A DNA stretch of 64,000 bases. Origin: Eledone cirrhosa. Taxonomy: Eukaryota. The notes below the pieces were generated by a model. That model was not told the DNA's origin. It saw only the letters and a program-made list of their open reading frames with translations, and did no database searches. Below are positions 1 through 15,932 of the stretch, one piece after another; position 1 is the first letter of the stretch; every line of letters starts with the position of its first letter. A program made the translations under genes and the position numbers. The stretch covers positions 254,944,001-255,008,000 of the forward strand of contig OZ024743.1 of the NCBI GenBank assembly GCA_964016885.1, given 5' to 3'.

Positions 1-1905
1 GTGGGTGTTATTTTTAAAGAAAAGTAAAGTGGGTGTTTGGAAAAGTTATTGTTTAGACTAGACAAAGGTAGAGTGTGATACATATCTTCACAGCAATAGC
101 TTGGGAGCTTTGGAGCTTAGGCGAATCCCTTAGTACAGACATATATACCCACCCACAGTTTTATACTTCTGGATGCGCGTGTATGTCTATATACACATGT
201 GCACTCATACAAGAGAGTATATACAAATATACTCTTAAGCATACACTCGAACATTTATCAATCCAACCTGGGGTATTAGTATTACGTTGCGTTCACATGA
301 GTGTGTACATTCACGAAGTCCCAGTATACACACACAATGCACGGTTGCGGCCTCTCATTCATGCGTATAGGGTTAGTACCTTGGGATAATTGTTCTTCCT
401 TTGTGGGTCGCTCCCGGGGGGGGGGTTCCCTCAGGTTCAATAAAGCGTGGTTTTGATCACTCCTAACCAGTAAAGGATCCGGTGGACCATCCACCATAGG
501 GACCACAAACTATGGGTGGTTGTTGTTGTCCATTGGTCATTGGTACGGGGTGTAGGGGACTACAGGGGGGGGGCCTTAACCGGGGTTTATCCATATAGCT
601 TGAGGAAAGCTCACGTCCTTAGGTGTCTGCAGGCACCGAATAAGTCGGCCCTTCTGTTTAATAGCTTGGTTCCGCCATGAAGTATCTCGAGTGTCTCACT
701 AAGACAGAGGTTGCAAATACCAGACCCGCCTCTGTCTGGGGGAACCTTTCTAATCACGGACCAGACCAGATAGTGCGGGATCTTTTCAAGTTTGAGCTTC
801 CAGATCATTTCAGAAAGGGCCGTACATTTCCTCTTATCTATTCTGTTAAAGGAATGGCGATGGTTATACCACTTATCTTTGAATCTCGTCGCTGTGGATC
901 CTATGTAGTGGTGCTCCGAGTTAGGGGTTGTGACCTTGCACCTGTAGACTACGTTTTTCGTCATGCATTCATTACTAAGGGGGCAGAGTGATGGGTCTCT
1001 GCAATTACATGACTTCTTAAGCCCCACCACATGTACCGCGTGGTTACCATCACTCGGGGTTGGCTGGGTAGCTGCCGCAATCAGCACAGGGTCGTTGGGT
1101 TCCGGTGTGCTAGTTGGGCCTGTCCAAGGTCTGGTGCGTCCCGCGTGCTGGTTCAGTTGGGTGGCTCCGGGGTTTACGGTGGTATTAGAGGCAGTGAACC
1201 TATTCCTGTTTATGCCAGCTATGTGCTGGGCTACGGAGCGTGTGGTTGAGTAGGAAAGTTTCACCGTGTGCCTGTTGAATATTTTATGGTAGTTGTGGGC
1301 CCTAGGGAAAAATTTATCCAGTACTCTAAAGAATGTTCTAGCCAGGCTGGTACGTAGACCCGCCGAGTACAGAGGGTTATACCATGTGACCTTCCTGGTC
1401 CTATTCTTGCGGGGTTGTTGGGTGTCTGCCGTGGACCATCGCGTGGTTATGCACAGCTCAGGTCGAACTCGGTTGGTGTCACTCAGGTGTGCGGAGCGGT
1501 CACTATCATGAGGGTTATATGGGCCCACCGTGGGGCTATAAACCTGCGAGGTGCGGCCTCCCTGATCAATTAGGGTTCGGCGGGTGGTGGGGCCGGTGCA
1601 CGGGTGGCTATGCTCCGCAGCAGCGTTGTAGGTATTAGACCGGTGGTGGTGATGGATAGGGGTCTGGGATTGTTATAAATCGTCACCGAGGTATTAGGTG
1701 GGCAACTCATGCCCCTGAGGGTATTGGTCCGGGGTAACCTTGGGTAATCTCGATCATGTCTCTAGAGGGTTATAGCTCATTCTATGGCTGTGGGACGCCT
1801 TAGCTAGCGCTGAGTTATAGTAATCAGCATTACTATTGAAGATCTCTTTATTGGCCGACAAGTTAGAGATCCTGTCAGAGACACTCTTAACTAGGGCCTT
1901 AACTA
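1..1905 (-). mobile_element. Penelope-like retroelement (PLE), 5'-truncated: end of RT thumb, linker, GIY-YIG endonuclease, 3' UTR running off the window
   Basis: Minus-strand peptide [30 protein letters not shown] (1754-1900) resembles a PLE RT thumb, followed by the GIY-YIG ORF 611-1528; abuts (TA)n at ~1905. Confidence 0.85.
611..1528 (-). pseudogene. PLE GIY-YIG endonuclease region
   Basis: Motifs RKVTWYNPLYS, IFNRHTVKLSYS, CNCRDPSLCPLSNEC, VVYRCKV..YIGST..FK.KWYNH.HSF, LSEMIWKLK, CNLCLSE, LLNRR..CRH. Confidence 0.88.
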
Positions 1906-1927
1906 TAGATATGCATATATATATATA

Positions 1928-1991
<64 letters not shown>

Positions 1992-2050
1992 TATATATAC
2001 ATATATATATATATGCATATATATATATATATAAATATATATATATATGC

Positions 2051-2086
<36 letters not shown>

Positions 2087-2204
2087 GCATATATATATAT
2101 ATATGTATTACGTCAATACTCATCTTTTTCCATTTATCTGAGGGTTCTAAACCCCATTATCAGGCTACAAATTCTTTTAGTAAAAAATACGGTGAAAGCT
2201 ATTC

Positions 2205-2330
<126 letters not shown>

Positions 2331-2336
2331 GATATA

Positions 2337-2510
2337 CATGGACACACTAGAAGAGGAAGACCAAGGTTAACATATGTTGATGCCCTAAGGACAGACACTG
2401 GTCTGTTGGAGACGCAGGACATGGCAGCGATAATGAGGGACAGAGACCGCTGGAGAGAACTCGTCCATGGATCTCGGGAATTTAACCCGCCTTAGATAGA
2501 TAGATAGATA
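2337..2510 (+). mobile_element. RTE-type LINE 3' end fragment
   Basis: Translates [33 protein letters not shown] then stop, followed by a (TAGA)n tail. Confidence 0.7.
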
Positions 2511-2549
2511 TATATATGCAAATATATATAAAATATATATATATATATA

Positions 2550-2581
<32 letters not shown>

Positions 2582-2585
<4 letters not shown>

Positions 2586-2947
2586 GGAGGTGAGTTTTAT
2601 TGTAGTACAATAAAGCAATGCAGATATCGGATAAGTAGCACTCTACAGTTTGTAGGACTGGAGTATAAATAATATAAGATCAAAAGATGGTTAAAAGAGT
2701 TCCATGTATTTTATTATGCGCATTTCAAAAATAAATATCATAATGAAATGACATTTGTGTTTTCGTCAGATAAAATAGGGAGATATGATATGTTGATTTA
2801 AAACTGCACTATTCACAAGTGTTTTTTAACCTTCATATCATGTCTCCCTATTTTATCTGACGAAAACGCAAATGTCATCTCATGATGATATTTGTTTTTG
2901 AAATGCGCATAATAAAATACATGGAACTCTTTTAACCATCTTTTGAT

Positions 2948-2952
<5 letters not shown>
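2582..2952 (-). mobile_element. Non-autonomous PLE-type hairpin element with HHR
   Basis: ~90 bp tail (2582-2670), then inverted arms ~2673-2792 / ~2833-2952; (TA)n on both sides. Confidence 0.75.
2849..2919 (+). ncRNA. Type I hammerhead ribozyme (mirror copy on - strand 2707-2777)
   Basis: tattttat CTGACGA [gcaaatgtcat..atgatatttgt] GAA ATGCGCAT A ataaaata: 8 bp stem I, canonical core, palindromic stem III. Confidence 0.85.
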
Positions 2953-3017
<65 letters not shown>

Positions 3018-3026
3018 TATATATAA

Positions 3027-3101
<75 letters not shown>

Positions 3102-3633
3102 TATATATATATATATATATTTATTTTTGAAAATTAATTGAGTTCTTAACATGTGGAATTGATATTAGTTTTGAAATAACTAATTAACCCACGTATATTT
3201 AATATTTTACTCTTAATTCAGCCAGAGATTTACATTCCCGATTGCCCTTTAAAGCGTAACTTTCCGTATTTACTACGGTTATGAAATGCGGTATGTTATT
3301 CGCGTACGACTTCTGTTTTTAGCCTAAGAAAATATCTATATGCGTGTGTAATTAATACACGCATGCATTTATTTTATTAATTTCAATTGAGTTCTTAACA
3401 CGTTGGATTGATAATGTTTTTTGAAAAAACTAATTAACCCGCGTGAATATTATTTTTTCATTTCTCATTTATTGGTTGTCTCCCCTTCCCGCTTCGTGAC
3501 GCTATAATACTTCCTCAGTCAAAAACTGCTGGAATTTCAAATTTGGCGGTCATTCGATGCGTGAGGGAGCAGCTTAGCAGACACGATTTTTAACTGCGGT
3601 AAGAATTTTTTCTTATATTAAAGTTTAATGGGC

Positions 3634-3758
3634 TTCCACTGATGATTTATAAGCGCCCACCTAAATATATTCTTACATGAATATATATTAGGCTTCTACA
3701 TGAACTGGAAACATTCTCCTAATTTGTAGAAAACTTATAATGAAACAATTGTTTGGAA
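3634..3758 (+). ncRNA. Type I hammerhead ribozyme with extended stem II, in a repeat (~3630-3945) whose inverted copy lies at ~24485-24800
   Basis: ttcca CTGATGA t ttataag..cttataa t GAA ACAATTGT T tggaa. Confidence 0.75.
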
Positions 3759-4064
3759 AGAGAAATATATTTTAACTTTAATTATATCTCATAAAATAAT
3801 ACAACTGGCTTTCCACATAATACATATAGTTAGCACCCCAAACACTTAAATAGGGTTTATACTAACATATAACCTAATGTTTGTTGAGTGAGATGGTTAC
3901 CAGTCAGAATTTAGCTTTAAGCTATCTCTGTTATTGTATTAATTATATATATATATCTATATATATATGCATTTATATTAATATATATATGTATGCATAT
4001 ATATATAGTATTAATTATACTATTTATGGTTATGTAAATACAAAAACCTTTAGCAGTTATATAT

Positions 4065-6832
4065 ATTTTTTTATACAATCCCGAAATAGTGGTAGGCAGT
4101 AATATATTACTACCTTATTACCAGTAAGTTAAGTAGCTCAATGTAAAAACATCAGATGATTTACAGAGCAGTTATATGGAATATAAGAATCAAAGAATTG
4201 TTCAAAACATTTTTGTGCTTACAACTGTTTCCTCCAAACCGAGGTTTGGTTTCTTCGGAGCAATTTATTAATGAATGGACAGTTATATGACCTCCTTTTC
4301 ACCCAAGAGACATACAGATACATATGCAAATATTGTGGGTCAACATTCATTACAGCATTTAGAGTAGCAGTACACACTTAGAGATTACATTCATATTAAA
4401 AAGTACAATCAAAAATCAAAAATACAGGTTAAAATACAACATGAAAATAAGCGGTTATATAGTGCAAATGTTATATGTGTGGCAAGCACGTGCGTCTTGT
4501 TTATATAGTGTGGCAGAGAGTTACGTGTAGTAGAAGCACTTAGGTAGGTAAACAAGAGTGTTAGGTTGGTTGATCTGGTGGCAAATTCTTTATATGATTG
4601 TTATAGTCTGTGTGTGGAGAAATGATATAAGCATTAAAAATAGTGCAAGCATTAAAAATATTAAAAGTATTAGAAATGCACAGCGAAGGGATGTTATGAA
4701 CTTCATGTACTTCGACATTTTCATAGTCAGGGGAGTGTATTTATCAGATTATATGCCCCTCACATAATCCACGACGTTTGACAATCCAGTTAGAGAATCG
4801 TAGTCTGATGTTCTTTAGTTCAATACAGGAGGCTGTTACGTTTCGAGAATCGACATTGAATACTACCCGGAAGTGTGTGTGTGGCTAAGGGGAGTTAATG
4901 CATGAGGGGAGGAAACTCCGAGGTTTCTATTACTAGCTATTGAAATGTGTCTCAAAATAAACCCTAATTTCTATGGTTATGCGCAACTTCTAAAAAATTT
5001 CTAAAGCATAAAGTGTTTTAACTATAGAGTAGTCTATTAAGTTGTGCTGAAGGTGTTCGTATTATTATGGTGAATTAACCCCCATCGTAGGGTGCCACAA
5101 ATGAATATTATAGACGACGAGTGAGGATTCTAAATTAATGATCTCTGTGGTTGTAGTCTACTCATAGGACCAGGCGCGGTTATTGCAGAATCACTTCAAC
5201 ACACAACGATCTCTGGTAATTTCTGGATCATCGCTTGCTACATTGGATGTCGAAAGATAATCATCACCAGGGCCGACCAGAGGTCAATCCGCAGTCGTCA
5301 TAACCCCACTCTGACCATCAAATCATCCATATATGTACAACCCGCACGCCAGTTGCAATACATTCATTCTCTGCACTCAGCGTCCTGGTCCTACTGGTCA
5401 ACAGCGTTACTAGATTAAATCGTTTTTCATCTGTCCAAGGAAGGCACTTCCTCCGCGCAACACTACCAAGCCAATCAATTCATGCTTAAATTACCTATAG
5501 AGCGGTGTAGTGCAGTTCAAGTGGGTGGATGTTGTCACACCTAACGTAGAGGTATAAATGGGTATTCGCCCTGCGAAGGGTTCCAGAGGGATGTCGTTGT
5601 TTGTGTTATATTAGATCAGTTAGTGTTGGGTATGTGGTATAAGGTGTGCCCCTGGTGTTTGGTTCAAGTCCGACATTGCTATATTTTGGGCTTAAAGTTT
5701 TGGAAGGAATGTCTGAAGCGGTGCTGGCAAGTTGCAAACACTTCAGATTCTTTGTTAAGTAGGTTCCGGTTAGAGAAGATAATATTGTGGGTCTCTAGTA
5801 TACAGAGGTTACAACATTTATTAGGTGGTTTGTACGAAGTCGCACTGCCTATCACTTCCCATTTGAGTGTGTATGGTTTATTTTTAGTTTTTAGATAGTG
5901 TATGTAGCTAGATAGTGAGGTGGAGTTGGCTAGGCTGTGCTTTTTAATAGACTACTCTATAGTTAAAACACTTTATGCATTAGAAATTTTTTAGAAGTTC
6001 CGCATAACCATAGAAATTAGGGTCTATTTTGAGACACATTTCAATAGCTAGTAATAGAAACCTCGGAGTTACCCCCCCCCCCCCTCATGCATTAACTCCC
6101 CTTAGCCACACACACACACTTCCGGGTAGTATTCAATGTCGATTCTCGAAACGTAACAGCCTCCTGTATTGAATTAAAGAACATCAGACTACGATTCTCT
6201 AACTGGATTGTCAAATGCTCAATATCGAATTGTCGTGGATTATGTGAGGGGCATATAATCTGATAAATACACTCCCCTGACTATGAAAATGTCGAAGTAC
6301 ATGAAGTCCATAACATCCCTTCGCTGTGCATTTCCAATACTTTTAATATTTTTAATGCTTGCACTATTTTTAATGATTATATCATTTCTCCACACACAGA
6401 CTATAACAATCATATAAAGAACTTGCCACCAGATCAACCAACCTAACACTCTTGTTTACCTACCTAAGTGCTTCTACTACACGTAACTCTCTGCCACACT
6501 ATATAAACAAGACGCACGTGCTTGCCACACATATAACATTTGCACTATATAACCGCTTATTTTCATGTTGTATTTTAACCTGTATTTTTGATTTTTGATT
6601 GTACCTTTTAATATGAATGTAATCTCTAAGTGTGTACTGCCACTCTAAATGCTGTAATGAATGTTGACCCACAATATTTGCATATGTATCTGTATGTCTC
6701 TTGGGTGAAAAGGAGGTCATATAACTGTCCATTCATTAATAAATTGCACCGAAGAAACCAAACCTCGATTTGGAGGAAACAGTTGTAAGCACAAAAATGT
6801 TTTGAACAGTTCTTTCATTCTTATATTCCATA
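4065..6832 (-). mobile_element. 5'-truncated PLE with ~870 bp inverted arms and GIY-YIG C-terminal core
   Basis: Arms 4173-5040 / 5944-6832; minus strand ~5690-5943 translates STSLSSYIHYLK..LKWEVI..CNLCILE..LLNKR..CQHR; ~100 bp tail on the left. Confidence 0.85.
6745..6791 (+). ncRNA. Hammerhead ribozyme variant, CCGAAGA core (mirror copy ~4216-4262 on - strand)
   Basis: CCGAAGA a[ccaaac ctcg (g/a)tttgg]ag GAA ACAGTTGT A agca; stem I tgct/agca is intact in the minus-strand copy. Confidence 0.6.
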
Positions 6833-6833
6833 T

Positions 6834-6903
<70 letters not shown>

Positions 6904-7124
6904 TATACATATATATATGCATATATATATATATGTATATTAATAAAAGGGATTCCAACTTTGTCTGATTTACTCGTTTTATTTACGATCCTTTAAAATT
7001 TATAATGGTATTAGAATGAAATAGTATGGTACAATATTAAATGTTAATTGAACAAGTATTTTCATGCTTTCTCAATATTCAGTTTCATATTGTGGGGTGA
7101 CAGTCAAGTTTATATATATATGCT

Positions 7125-7150
<26 letters not shown>

Positions 7151-7157
<7 letters not shown>

Positions 7158-7510
7158 GTGAGGTTTTTTTTACAAAATGAAAAATAACCGAGGTGTCCTA
7201 CACGAGTGGAAGTATAAAGAAAAAGGGATGAAATCGAAAATGCAACTGAAGTCTTATTTTTTTTTAAAATATATATATTTATTTGGTTCCTTTACCGGTT
7301 TCGCAGTTCTTCTGCTTTTCAAAAGGTGAGTTGAGATGGAGGGTCTGTGGTTTTTCTCAGATGTGAGAAAAACCACAGACCCTCCATCTCAACTCACCTT
7401 TTGAAAAGCAGAAGAACTGCGAAACCGGTAAAGGAACCAAATAAATATATATATTTTTTAAAAAAATAAGACTTCAGTTGCATTTTCGATTTCATCCCTT
7501 TTTCTTTATA
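7151..7510 (-). mobile_element. Non-autonomous PLE-type hairpin element with HHR
   Basis: ~60 bp tail, then a near-perfect ~150 bp-arm palindrome centred near 7361; same family at 61195-61516. Confidence 0.8.
7397..7434 (+). ncRNA. Minimal 38 nt hammerhead ribozyme, U3-A8 core variant
   Basis: cctt TTGAAAA gcag aagaa ctgc GAA ACCGGT A aagg. Confidence 0.8.
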
Positions 7511-7688
7511 TATATATAGTAATAATAATAAAATTGAAGACTAAAATCCAAAGAGGGCTGGATAAGGAAAATATATATCAAATATATAAGAACCGTTGAG
7601 CAAATATTTAAAGTTTAAGCAAAGTTTCAGAAGATCCCGTTAAGGTGAAAGCACCGATTCTTTGCTTAAACTTTAATCTGTTATTTTA

Positions 7689-7765
<77 letters not shown>

Positions 7766-7819
7766 TATATATATATATATATGCATATATATATATTTAT
7801 GCATATATATATATATATA

Positions 7820-7858
<39 letters not shown>

Positions 7859-7865
7859 AATATAT

Positions 7866-7908
<43 letters not shown>

Positions 7909-7956
7909 TATATATATATGCCTATATATATATGCATATATATATATATATGCATG

Positions 7957-9273
<1,317 letters not shown>

Positions 9274-9274
9274 T

Positions 9275-12094
<2,820 letters not shown>

Positions 12095-12305
12095 TGACAA
12101 ATGAAAATAAAATTAAAAATAAAAGCAAAAACAAAAACCATAACCTACATAAAAATAACCACTACCACAGTCACCAACAGTCTTCTAAACAGGAAACTTC
12201 TTCCTCTTTTTTAGCCATAATGAATCTGGCAAAAGAACTGGAAAAAAACATTCGAGCTATCACCCAGCACCACCCTCCACTATCACTCCACTGCACAAAC
12301 TCCCA

Positions 12306-13757
12306 TTGCTGCCATTAACAAACAAACAAATTAACAACACACCAAAACAATTAAAACCATCCACTCTCGTCACTACATTTTTGCTTAACGCCCAAGGCAT
12401 CAGCCCTTCCACCAATACTCAAAAATGGAAGATCAAATTCCTGGAGGACTGGATTGATGTCCATCCAAACCACATCCCTTTCTTCGTCCTCACTGAAACC
12501 CATCTCAGTAACCTCCACTTGGAAGCCGAGGTGAAAGTGAAAAATTTCAAAGCCATCCGTGCTGATCGCGCTGGCAGAAGAAAGGGCGGAACTGCCATTT
12601 ATGTCCATAATTCTTTCTCAACAGAGGCTATGAACATATTCACTAATGGATACTGTGAAGCAGTCACTGTATTCAGTCAAACCAACAACCTAATAGTAGT
12701 TGGGCTCTATAGGCCACCCCAAACGCCTGTACCATGCTTCAAGGAATGCCTCAACAGCATAAAGTGTTTCATCCAAGAGTGTCACCCTGACAACATCTTA
12801 ATGATGGGGGACTTCAACCTCCCCGGAGTTGACTGGTCCACAAACAGCCTGCCACCAGGTTCTTCTGCCTCAACCTCTGACAGGGAAGCAGTGGAATCGC
12901 TTCTTGACTTCATGGATGATTTCTTCCTATCCCAACTGGTGCTCGAACCAACGAGGTGCCACAAAAACGTCATAGACTTAATTTTCAGCAATCACACTGA
13001 CAATATCCACAATATTGCAGTGGAGAAAACTCTACTCTCTGATCATGACATGGTTCTCTGTGATCTGAGATTCCACCGTCCAATATACAAACCCAATGTC
13101 ATCTCTCCTGTCCATCCGTTTGACGCTATGGATTTCCACAATGCAAACTGGGAAGCGATCAGTCATGATCTTGCACATGTCGACTGGTCCTTCACGCACA
13201 CTCATACACCCACTAACATCAAAAAGTCCTGGCAGACATTTGTGGACACTGTTACAAACATATGTGCTAAATACACCCCATTAAGAACTATAAACAAATC
13301 TAAGAGCAGAATCCCTAGAAATAGAAAAACGCTCATCAGAAAAATTAAGAGAACGAACAAAAAAATCAACAAGCTGAAATACCGTCAGCAGCAACACATC
13401 AACTTGACTGCCATTTCATCACTAGAGATTAAAAAACATAACCTCCAAAACAACATAATGTCCCTCATCAACAATCAGAGAAGAGCTGAAGAGGCCTGGG
13501 CCATTGAGAAGATCAAACTCAATCCCAAAGTGTTCTTTTCATTTGCAAAAAAACACAAAATTACTGGCTCTACTGTTGGCCCTCTAATTGATGAAAATGG
13601 CACTCTTCAAGACAATGCTAAAACCATGGGTGAGATACTGCAGAAACAATACTGCTCTGTTTTCAGCAATCCTGATATGGCCGATCTGGGCTGTATCGGC
13701 GATGTTACTCCCCATTACACCTTATCGGACATAACGTTTGGCGCCCTGATGTCTTAG
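12306..13757 (+). CDS. LINE ORF2 N-terminal part: apurinic-type endonuclease and linker (frameshift near 13745)
   Basis: LNAQG, LTETHL, DR..RKGGTAIYV, GLYRPP, MGDFNLP, EPTR..IDLIF, SDHDMV. Confidence 0.9.
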   Translation: MLPLTNKQINNTPKQLKPSTLVTTFLLNAQGISPSTNTQKWKIKFLEDWIDVHPNHIPFFVLTETHLSNLHLEAEVKVKNFKAIRADRAGRRKGGTAIYVHNSFSTEAMNIFTNGYCEAVTVFSQTNNLIVVGLYRPPQTPVPCFKECLNSIKCFIQECHPDNILMMGDFNLPGVDWSTNSLPPGSSASTSDREAVESLLDFMDDFFLSQLVLEPTRCHKNVIDLIFSNHTDNIHNIAVEKTLLSDHDMVLCDLRFHRPIYKPNVISPVHPFDAMDFHNANWEAISHDLAHVDWSFTHTHTPTNIKKSWQTFVDTVTNICAKYTPLRTINKSKSRIPRNRKTLIRKIKRTNKKINKLKYRQQQHINLTAISSLEIKKHNLQNNIMSLINNQRRAEEAWAIEKIKLNPKVFFSFAKKHKITGSTVGPLIDENGTLQDNAKTMGEILQKQYCSVFSNPDMADLGCIGDVTPHYTLSDITFGALMS

Positions 13758-13819
13758 CGGCAATAAAGGAAATCAAGCATAATTCAGCAGTAGGTCCCGA
13801 TAGGTTCCCTGCTTGTGTC

Positions 13820-15325
13820 TTGAAGGCGTGTCAACACCAACTTGCATCTCCTCTTGCCAATCTGTGGCGGAACTCACTGGATGCTGGATATGTGCCAGAA
13901 AACCTTCTATCCCAGTCTGTTGTCCCAGTTTTCAAAAAGGGAAACAAATCCCTTGCCGTGAATTACCGTCGAATCTCACTCACCTCTCATATCATTAAGG
14001 TATTTGAGAGAGTGGTGAGATCACGAATGACCCACTTCCTTGAGAGTAACAATATGCTGAACTCCAACCAGCATGGATTCCGTAATGGAAGAGATTGCCT
14101 GACGCAGCTACTGCATCACTTTGATGACATTTTGAGAGCCTTGGGAGAGGGTTCCAACACTGATGTTATCTACCTTGATTTCAGCAAGGCCTTTGACAGG
14201 GTTGATCATAACATTCTACTGAGAAAGCTGTCCAATATTGGTGTCACTGGAAAGCTGCTGCAGTGGATCAAGAGCTTCCTGTCAAACAGAACCCAACATG
14301 TTGTAGTTGAAGGAGTCAAATCCAACCCAGCCAAAGTCAGTAGTGGGGTCCCACAAGGCACTGTGTTGGGCCAACTTCTCTTCATCATCTATATTAATGA
14401 CATCACTGACATCATCAAACACAGCAACATTAAAATTTTCGCTGATGATTCCAAGCTCCAAAAGGTCATCATTGGCGTGGATGACCGGATAAGCCTTCAG
14501 TCAGACCTACTGGCTGTTACCCAATGGGCGGAAAAGAACAACATGTTACTGAACGAAGACAAATTCGAACTGATCCACTTTGGAAAAGAGGATGCTCTGA
14601 AACTCCCGTACTCCCTTCCCTCCGGGGAAACTCTCGTGGCATCTAACAACATCAGAGACTTGGGAGTAACCGTGGACAGCAACATAAGCTGGGCCACGCA
14701 TATAAGCAACAAAGTTGACATGGCCCGCAGAATGTGTTCCTGGATCCTCAGAACCTTCCAGTCGAGAGATTCCCACACCATTATCCTTCTCTTCTCTACT
14801 TTTGCCCGACCACACCTTGAATACTGTTGTCCACTGTGGTCTCCCCGCACGAAACAAAGTGTCATGAAACTTGAATCTCCTCAAAGGGCAATCACGAAAA
14901 AGATAGATGGCATGTCAGACCTTGACTACTGGGGTCGACTAGAAAACCTGAAACTTTACTCACTCCAACGTCGCTGTGAGCGTTATATTATCTGCATGAT
15001 GTGGAAAATGTTCCATCATCACTGCCCAAATGATGTTGGCATCGCCTTCAAGATACACCCAAGGCTTGGGCCCCGTGCTATCCGTCCCATACAAAAATCT
15101 AAATCGCAACTCGTAACAACAATACGGCACAATTATTTCACCTCAATCGGCCCTGCTCTCTTCAACATCACACCAGGACACGTCAAAACAGAAACTGACC
15201 ACACAAAATTCAAGAAGTCTTTGGACAAATTCCTCCAAGTAATCCCGGACAAACCACCCACACCCGGATATGTCTCCGCAAACAGTAATTCTCTTCTCGA
15301 ATGGGCCATGGTGCCCAAATCCTGA
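13820..15325 (+). CDS. LINE ORF2 C-terminal part: reverse transcriptase
   Basis: PVFKKG, NYR.ISLTS, QHGFR, YLDFSKAFD, SGVPQGTVLG, FADD, DLGV, RPHLEYC..WSP. Confidence 0.93.
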   Translation: MKACQHQLASPLANLWRNSLDAGYVPENLLSQSVVPVFKKGNKSLAVNYRRISLTSHIIKVFERVVRSRMTHFLESNNMLNSNQHGFRNGRDCLTQLLHHFDDILRALGEGSNTDVIYLDFSKAFDRVDHNILLRKLSNIGVTGKLLQWIKSFLSNRTQHVVVEGVKSNPAKVSSGVPQGTVLGQLLFIIYINDITDIIKHSNIKIFADDSKLQKVIIGVDDRISLQSDLLAVTQWAEKNNMLLNEDKFELIHFGKEDALKLPYSLPSGETLVASNNIRDLGVTVDSNISWATHISNKVDMARRMCSWILRTFQSRDSHTIILLFSTFARPHLEYCCPLWSPRTKQSVMKLESPQRAITKKIDGMSDLDYWGRLENLKLYSLQRRCERYIICMMWKMFHHHCPNDVGIAFKIHPRLGPRAIRPIQKSKSQLVTTIRHNYFTSIGPALFNITPGHVKTETDHTKFKKSLDKFLQVIPDKPPTPGYVSANSNSLLEWAMVPKS

Positions 15326-15438
15326 ATTGAAAGACTTCGCCAGGTGGTGCTATTAAGTTAGACATGGCCTGGGCCAATACTGGCCAAAAAATTTCAAAGT
15401 TATATATATATATATATATATGCATATATATATATATA

Positions 15439-15515
<77 letters not shown>

Positions 15516-15813
15516 TTCAAGAGTAACCAATCTTAAAGAGAGAGATGGGGATAGGAGAGGAGAGATTGGTGAATTAGTTAGAAGCCAAAGCGTAAAGGCA
15601 TGCGCTCAATGTGCAATATGCAGTAGAAAGCAGCTAGGTGGCTGGGTTCATGTAGAATTTTGGCGCGCAGACCTGGAAATATTCATTAGTTAAGCAAAAC
15701 AAGACTACAAATTTCACAAGGAAGACATTATTAAAAGATTGTCAACATATTTTAATTTGATGTAAGGAATGTAGAGAATAATAATAATAATAATATTAAT
15801 AATAATAATGTAC

Positions 15814-15932
15814 GTTTACAATTGTTTCGCTACTCCATATAATATTTCTGGATCAGATGACTATATATCATTATTGATCTGGTTCAGTCGAAAATGATTA
15901 ACATATTTAAAAACAGAGCGGCTCATCGGAAC
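15814..15932 (-). ncRNA. Hammerhead ribozyme variant, CCGAUGA core with long stem II
   Basis: Minus strand: gtt CCGATGA gc..(~90 nt)..gc GAA ACAATTGT A aac; the plus-strand mirror (~16727-16846) is degraded. Confidence 0.6.

Larger units (their letters stand above)
12096..15400 (+). mobile_element. Non-LTR retrotransposon (CR1/L2-like LINE), ORF2 nearly complete
   Basis: APE + RT reading frames, short 3' UTR, (TA)n on both sides. Confidence 0.93.

Noticed and set aside
611-1528. Selenocysteine (UGA) recoding, as reported for some Naiad PLEs
   Set aside because: The conserved Cys positions are ordinary Cys codons and the frame has no in-frame TGA
3490-3610. CpG-containing stretch ending in a donor-like cg|gtaag (possible first exon)
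   Set aside because: No downstream exon or other support; it may be a TE fragment
4558-4767. Duplicated small ORF pairs (4558/6240, 59011/60357, 17812/18190)
   Set aside because: They are by-products of the inverted or tandem repeats and have no recognisable protein motifs
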